A program made the position numbers and the translations under genes. Positions 27,370-32,023 of a DNA stretch of 32,023 nucleotides are shown here, in pieces. The stretch's first letter is position 1; the number at the start of each line of letters is the position of its first letter. Source of the stretch: a virus (taxonomy: Duplodnaviria; Caudoviricetes). The notes under the pieces are model-generated. The model searched no databases. It had not been told where the DNA came from and worked only from the letters and a program-made list of their open reading frames with translations. The stretch is from IMG/VR virus record IMGVR_UViG_3300048599_000029, positions 1-32,023 of that record, one strand, 5' to 3'.

Positions 27370-27606
27370 TCAGATGAGGGCGCCGTCTGGTGGTGGCGGC
27401 TTGGGTCGGCAGTCAGGGCACAGGTCGCGGGTGCCGGGATCGTTGGACCTCTTGGTGGGGTGCTGGCCGCCGGCGAGGTACGCGACGAGCCAGCCGTGCC
27501 GTTCGGCTTCGCCTCGGGCGCCGTGGCCGGTGTGGTGAACGCTGTGGAAGCGTCGCCGGCCGCAGGCGTCACAGACGACCTCGATGCCGCGGTGTGCGAG
27601 GCTCAC
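27370..27606 (-). CDS. Zn-ribbon small protein (78 aa)
   Basis: GTG at 27606 in a GTGA overlap; CDACG...GW...DLCPDC. Confidence 0.65.
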   Translation of the reverse strand: MSLAHRGIEVVCDACGRRRFHSVHHTGHGARGEAERHGWLVAYLAGGQHPTKRSNDPGTRDLCPDCRPKPPPPDGALI

Positions 27607-27992
27607 AGCGGCTCCCCGGTGAACGTGAGCGTGATCCGGTAGAAGCCGGGTTTGCCGCTCGGTTCGCCGCGGCGGTAGGTGAGGTCGCGGAGGTGGTCGG
27701 CGTCGTCGTCGGGCAGGAGGCCAGCGTCGACGCAGCCGTCGATCATGGCCTTCACGGTGGGCGAGGCGTTCGCGGGATCCTGCCGCCGCCGGGTCGGATA
27801 GTGGATGGTGGCGAGCACGTCGGCGCGCCGGAACCTGACGCCCTCGGTGTGGATCGCGTCGAGGGCGAGCACCCGGGCGTGCCAGCGGAGCACCTTCGTC
27901 CGGCTGGCCCGTTTCGCCCAATGCTCGCGCCCGTTCGCGGTCAGCCACAGCGACGCGGGCACGTCCTGGGTGATCATCACGGAAGCGGTCAC
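27603..27992 (-). CDS. RusA-like Holliday junction resolvase
   Basis: GTG at 27992; RRQDPANASPTVKAMIDGCVDAGLLPDDD motif. Confidence 0.8.
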   Translation of the reverse strand: MTASVMITQDVPASLWLTANGREHWAKRASRTKVLRWHARVLALDAIHTEGVRFRRADVLATIHYPTRRRQDPANASPTVKAMIDGCVDAGLLPDDDADHLRDLTYRRGEPSGKPGFYRITLTFTGEPL

Positions 27993-28315
27993 GGCCGCGC
28001 CCCTGCGATCGCGAGCCATTCGTCGACGGGCCGCACGGGCAGGCCGAGCATCCCGGCGGTCTGCACTTCCCAGCGCGCGCCGCCCGAGTTCCACCAGCCT
28101 TCGAGGACGGCGACGCCGTCACAGCGGAGCAACTGGTCGAGGCCGGCGCGCAGGTACCAGTGGTAGTCGTGGGCGTCCTCTTCGCTCGGGGTGGCGTTGT
28201 CGGCGGGGTTCTCGACGTCGAACCCGGCGACGCGGAGTTCGCCGGCGGCGTAGTTGAACGCGGGCAGGTTGAACTCGGGCAGGCCGGTCATGGGGCCGGC
28301 GACATACAGCCGCAT
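27989..28315 (-). CDS. DUF4406-like (nucleoside deoxyribosyltransferase-fold) protein
   Basis: MRLYVAGPMTGLPEFNLPAF...NPA...CDGVAVLEGWWNSGGARWE. Confidence 0.85.
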   Translation of the reverse strand: MRLYVAGPMTGLPEFNLPAFNYAAGELRVAGFDVENPADNATPSEEDAHDYHWYLRAGLDQLLRCDGVAVLEGWWNSGGARWEVQTAGMLGLPVRPVDEWLAIAGARP

Positions 28316-28668
28316 CAGTAGGCCCTCCCGTGCTTGAACGGGCGGCTGGCGTTGTAGACCATCTTCCGGGCGACCACGGCGTCGATGTCGACGCCGAGGC
28401 TGTGCATCATGTCGAGGCACCGGATGATGCAGTCGGCAAGCTCGACCGCCACGCCCGCCGGCTTGCAGGTGTCCGTCACCCGATCATTCGGCGGGCAGTG
28501 CTGGTGCGACAGGTACTCGGCGGGCTTCCCGGAGCGGTGCTCCTCCAGCGCCTCCGACAGTTCGGAGTGTGTCAGGGCGATCATCTCGCCGAAGTTGCGC
28601 TCACCGTCCCAGAAGCCGTGCGCGCGGGCGTTGTCGTTGATCTGCTGGGCGAGGTCGTTCAGGGTCAC
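28315..28668 (-). CDS. MazG-like nucleotide pyrophosphohydrolase
   Basis: GTG at 28668; ALTHSELSEALE...ELADCIIRCLD...KMVYNASRPFKHG. Confidence 0.85.
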   Translation of the reverse strand: MTLNDLAQQINDNARAHGFWDGERNFGEMIALTHSELSEALEEHRSGKPAEYLSHQHCPPNDRVTDTCKPAGVAVELADCIIRCLDMMHSLGVDIDAVVARKMVYNASRPFKHGRAY

Positions 28669-29543
28669 TTCGGGTCTCCGTCGACGAGTTCGGCGTCGAC
28701 GATGTCGACGACCACTTCGCCGGTGACGGGGTCGACGTTCTGGCCGTCCTCGGTGGCGATCGGCAGGTCGTCGTCGCCGGCGAGGTGTTCGGTCATGCTC
28801 GCGACGCGGATCCGTTCGTCCATGACGGCCTGGGCATCGCGGAGCGCCTGCCGCCGGAACTCGGCCGAGGTGGGCACCCACTTGGCGAGTTGGCGGGCGG
28901 CCGTCTTCAGCCACATGGCTTCCGGGTTCGTGTTCCACGGGCTGTAGTCGGAGCGGGCCGACGCGGACTTGGCCTTCGCCTTCGCGATCTCGTCGGGGCC
29001 GATCACGACGACCTTCGAGGTGGCGCCGTCCTTCATCACGGCGTAGGCGTAGGCGCCGATCAGGTCGCCCCGGTCGCCGCCGAACCAGTCGACCTCGTGC
29101 TGTGGCCGCTCGTCGGCGCCGGGCCGGTAGCTGAACTGGTCGTTCTTCTTGACGACCTCGCAGATGACGCTCGACACGGCGCCGGCGCGGTAGATCAACT
29201 CGACGAGTCCCTGGTAGCCGATGATCCCCTGAACGATCCGGGGCGCGCCCTTCTTCGGGGAGAACGGGACGAGGTAGAACTCTTCGGTGCCCGGGGTGAG
29301 GCCGCGCTGGGCGGCGGGGACGAGGGCGGCCATGAACGCGCCGGTGTCGTTGCTGGCGGCCTGCCGGACCTGCGGGTTGGTCCGCAGCACGGACTCGACG
29401 CTGGCGATCCACGTGTCGCCGCCGTCGGCCTCGCGGAGGTGTGAGGGGAGCATCGACACGAAGCTGTTGCGGTAGCGGACGACGAGCGCGCCGGGGCTGT
29501 TGTCCTGGGTTGCCGGGGTGGGCGGCGTGGGGCTGGTGGTCAC
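28665..29543 (-). CDS. recT: RecT-like single-strand annealing recombinase
   Basis: GTG at 29543; YLVPF...IIGYQGLVELIYRAG...AYAYA...PW...MWLKTAARQLAKWVP. Confidence 0.9.
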   Translation of the reverse strand: MTTSPTPPTPATQDNSPGALVVRYRNSFVSMLPSHLREADGGDTWIASVESVLRTNPQVRQAASNDTGAFMAALVPAAQRGLTPGTEEFYLVPFSPKKGAPRIVQGIIGYQGLVELIYRAGAVSSVICEVVKKNDQFSYRPGADERPQHEVDWFGGDRGDLIGAYAYAVMKDGATSKVVVIGPDEIAKAKAKSASARSDYSPWNTNPEAMWLKTAARQLAKWVPTSAEFRRQALRDAQAVMDERIRVASMTEHLAGDDDLPIATEDGQNVDPVTGEVVVDIVDAELVDGDPK

Positions 29544-29557
29544 TGGGGTGTTCCCTT

Positions 29558-30472
29558 CTAGGTGTTGATCGAGTCGAGGAAGGCGAAGATGTCGCCGTCG
29601 GGCGCGTCGTCCTCGAGGTGGGGTTCGGTTGCGTAGTCGAGTTCGCGGAGCGCCCATCCGGGTAGCTCGACCTCGACGGATTCGGCGGGGTAGCCGGGCC
29701 ACACGCCTGTCGTCATGCACTCGGCGAACAGGTCGATCGCGTGGCGGGCGTGCAGCCAGCCGAGTTCGCGGGACGCCGTCCCGAGGTGGCAGACGGCGAC
29801 GTCGTAGGGCGGGTCGTCGTCGACGAGGACGAACTCGAACCCGGCCACGTCGACGCCGCACCATTCGGCGACCCGCTGGTAGGTGGGGTCTTGCAGGTAG
29901 TAACCGAACCGCAGGGCGCGGCTGTCGAAGTGGGCCGGGTTCGCGTCGGCGGCGGTCTTGAAGTCGACGAGCCGGCCGTCGGCGCGTAGCCAGTCGAACC
30001 GGGCGCGGAGCATCACCCCCGTGTCTGGGTCGCGGACGAACGCCGACACCTCGGGGGCGCCGTCGGCGAGTAGCGCGGCGGCGCTCGGGTGGCGGGCGAC
30101 GGCGGCGGCCATCGCGTGCGCGCGTTGGTAGTCGCGGGTCTTGAGCGGGATCAGCCCGGCTTCGCGGATGGCTGCCACCTCGGCCTTCTTCGCGCCGCTC
30201 CAGATGGCCTCGCCGACGTCGACGAGTTCGGGGCCGGCGCCGAGGACGAGGGTGTGGACGGCCGAGCCGACGTCGTACTCCTTCTTCGTCTCGGCGAGTT
30301 CGCGGTTGTCTATCTCCCACCGGAACCGGGACGCGGTCCGGTTCAGCAGCGTCTTCATTCCCGAGTGGCTGAGCGACGGCTCGCCGGCCACGAGGCCGCC
30401 GTGGTAGATGCCCTCGTCGAGGTTGGGGTACAGCCCTGGCCCCGGGATGGGGTCGGTGTCGGTGTCGTTCAT
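29558..30472 (-). CDS. RecE/ExoVIII-like PD-(D/E)xK exonuclease
   Basis: ATG at 30472; YH...LSHSGMK...GSAVHTLVL...RARFDWL...VDFKT...YYLQ; adjacent to recT. Confidence 0.88.
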   Translation of the reverse strand: MNDTDTDPIPGPGLYPNLDEGIYHGGLVAGEPSLSHSGMKTLLNRTASRFRWEIDNRELAETKKEYDVGSAVHTLVLGAGPELVDVGEAIWSGAKKAEVAAIREAGLIPLKTRDYQRAHAMAAAVARHPSAAALLADGAPEVSAFVRDPDTGVMLRARFDWLRADGRLVDFKTAADANPAHFDSRALRFGYYLQDPTYQRVAEWCGVDVAGFEFVLVDDDPPYDVAVCHLGTASRELGWLHARHAIDLFAECMTTGVWPGYPAESVEVELPGWALRELDYATEPHLEDDAPDGDIFAFLDSINT

Positions 30473-30771
30473 CGCATCTCCAGTCGGCGGTTGTATTCGG
30501 CCACCTGTTCGGGGTGGGCTTCGGCGGCGTGGTCTGCGATCGCGCGCTCCACCTTGATCGGTGTGGGCGTCTTGCGAGCGGTGCTGATGCACGATTCGCC
30601 GGCGAGGGCGCCGCACGTCACACAGTCGACGGTGAGCGCGTCCGGCGCGCTGGCGGTGATCAGCGAGCCGATCACCGAGGCGGTGACCATGCCGCGACGG
30701 GCGTCGAGCCATTCGTCGGAGCCCTGCGGGTCGTCGCACACCCGGATCAAGGGCGCGGTCGTGGTGGTCAT
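30469..30771 (-). pseudogene. Truncated or chimeric YqaJ (lambda-exonuclease-like) N-terminus
   Basis: QGSDEWLDARRGMVTAS is the YqaJ-type start motif, but the ORF is only 100 aa and has no PD-ExK core. Confidence 0.6.
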
Positions 30772-30944
30772 CTCTCCCTCAGCTTCCGCAGGTAGTCGGC
30801 GAGTTCGGCCGGATGCTCGACCTGCACGTGGGCGAGCACCTCGGCGTCGTAGCAGTGCTCGTCACGGTCGAAGGCGAGCGTCCCGAACGTCTTGCTGCAC
30901 CAGCGGCAGCGGACGGTGGTCGGGTGCCGGTATCTCAGGGTCAT
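30768..30944 (-). CDS. C2H2-like small protein (58 aa)
   Basis: ATG at 30944, ATGA-coupled; CRWC...HVQVEH. Confidence 0.6.
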   Translation of the reverse strand: MTLRYRHPTTVRCRWCSKTFGTLAFDRDEHCYDAEVLAHVQVEHPAELADYLRKLRER

Positions 30945-31330
30945 CGCAAGACCGCCTCGATCTGGTCGCACAGGCGGACGGTTGGGCAGGGGTAGTCCTC
31001 GTCCTCGAACGGTGTCGGCTGCTCCCCGCATTCGCCGCAGATCGGCCACAGGTCGGACTCGGCCCAGCATCCGCAGGGGTGGGTCCCGGCCTTGCCGTTG
31101 CACTCGGGGCACACCGGGGTCCGGTCGGTGTCGCGGCGGGCCGGATAGTGCAGTGCCCGGATCTCGGCCAGCACAGTGGAGACGATGACAGGCAGAGCGG
31201 AGCGGATCGTGTCCTGGGTGTAGCAGCATTCGATCCGTGCCTCCGGATCGTGTTGGTTGCCGGAGTGCTGGCAGGAGCACGCTGACTTCGCTGCCTGCTC
31301 GATCAGGGCGATCACAACGGCGGGGATCAT
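30941..31330 (-). CDS. Cys-rich Zn-binding hypothetical protein (129 aa)
   Basis: ATG at 31330, ATGA-coupled; IRALH...CPEC...CGC...CGEC...YPCPT. Confidence 0.7.
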   Translation of the reverse strand: MIPAVVIALIEQAAKSACSCQHSGNQHDPEARIECCYTQDTIRSALPVIVSTVLAEIRALHYPARRDTDRTPVCPECNGKAGTHPCGCWAESDLWPICGECGEQPTPFEDEDYPCPTVRLCDQIEAVLR

Positions 31331-31509
31331 CGGATCCGCTCCCATGCCGTGATGAGCAGTCCGAGCCCGCCGGCCATCGCCAGCCCGACAGCGGTCAGGA
31401 TGATGACGACGACGAGCAGGAAGCCGCCGAGCGAGGCGGCGCGGGCGGTCGGGGTGGCGTGGCTGTTGACGGGCTCGCGGTGCTCGTGCTTGCGGCCGTA
31501 GGCGCTCAT
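31327..31509 (-). CDS. Small membrane protein (60 aa)
   Basis: ATG at 31509; hydrophobic LGGFLLVVVIILTAVGLAMAGGLGLLITAW. Confidence 0.6.
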   Translation of the reverse strand: MSAYGRKHEHREPVNSHATPTARAASLGGFLLVVVIILTAVGLAMAGGLGLLITAWERIR

Positions 31510-31531
31510 CGGTGGGCCTTGTGGGTGTTGT

Positions 31532-32017
31532 TCATGGTCTCCCCGCCGGGGCCGCGCTTTGCCCATCCCGCCAGAGAAGAGACCAGAAGTCCAGGCCCAG
31601 CAGGTCGAGCAGGGTCTGGCGCTGGTCGGCCGGCCGTTGCCGGGTGAACTCCAGCGGGTCGAACGTGAGCGCACCGAGCAGGCTGTCGAGCAGGGTCTGC
31701 GGAGTGCTGACCTTGGCGCCGTCGCTGTACTTCACGGTGAGGTGGGTGCCCTTCTCGTCCCAGGTGCGGGTGATGAGCAGTGTGACGTTCTCGCCGGCGA
31801 TCGTGACGTCGACCTCGGCCCACTCCTCACCGGCACGGACAGGCTTCGCGATCTCGCGCGACGCCTGCCCGCCGGCGAGCGCCAGGTAGAGCGCGTTGAG
31901 CAGGCTCGACTTCCCGGCGCCATTCTTCCCGGCGACGATCTGCACCGTGCCGTTCGGCTCGACCTCGACGGCCCTGAGCCGCATGATGTTGGACGCACTG
32001 AGGCGGATGACCTTCAT
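31532..32017 (-). pseudogene. SMC/RecN-like AAA ATPase, N-terminal head only
   Basis: Walker A GKNGAGKSS and PQTLLDSLLGALTFDPLEF, then a stop at 161 aa with no coiled coil or Walker B half. Confidence 0.65.
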
Positions 32018-32023
32018 GACTCT

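Noticed and set aside
24154-30739. Long Arg/Pro-rich N-terminal extensions in the ORF track (e.g. 24154-25737, 28315-29412, 28665-30320, 29558-30739)
   Set aside because: Off-frame read-through of upstream genes. The real starts are at the stop/start overlaps or RBS-backed codons listed in the features.
1-32023. Integrase, repressor, lysis genes, reverse transcriptase or diversity-generating retroelement
   Set aside because: None recognisable in this window. Temperate lifestyle and host genus cannot be confirmed from this segment alone.

Overview
High-GC tailed phage (siphovirus) DNA of actinobacterial type, either a prophage or a circularised genome, since it runs unbroken across the presumed packaging site. 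Almost all genes are on the minus strand. In transcription order (right to left): an early/replication region (truncated AAA ATPase, small Zn-finger proteins, a YqaJ-like relic, RecE/RecT-like pair, MazG-like, DUF4406-like, RusA-like, a helicase-amino-methyltransferase fusion, a C5 methyltransferase, an HTH protein, a truncated replication initiator with a palindromic origin-like tract, an HNH, a DEDD exonuclease, an Ea22-like protein and a putative late regulator), then packaging HNH, terminase, portal, head, neck and tail genes as far as a minor tail gene cut by the window edge. Most notable: (1) a complete HNH endonuclease gene overprinted in another frame inside the helicase-methylase gene, as a roughly 483-nt insert that leaves the host frame open and shows no intron or intein features; (2) the same double GCGAU-loop hairpin element directly before the small terminase and scaffold start sites; (3) a promoter plus terminator-like late leader; (4) an inverted membrane-protein gene between the tail chaperone and tape measure genes. 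All functional calls come from motif recognition and gene order by eye; no database searches were run.
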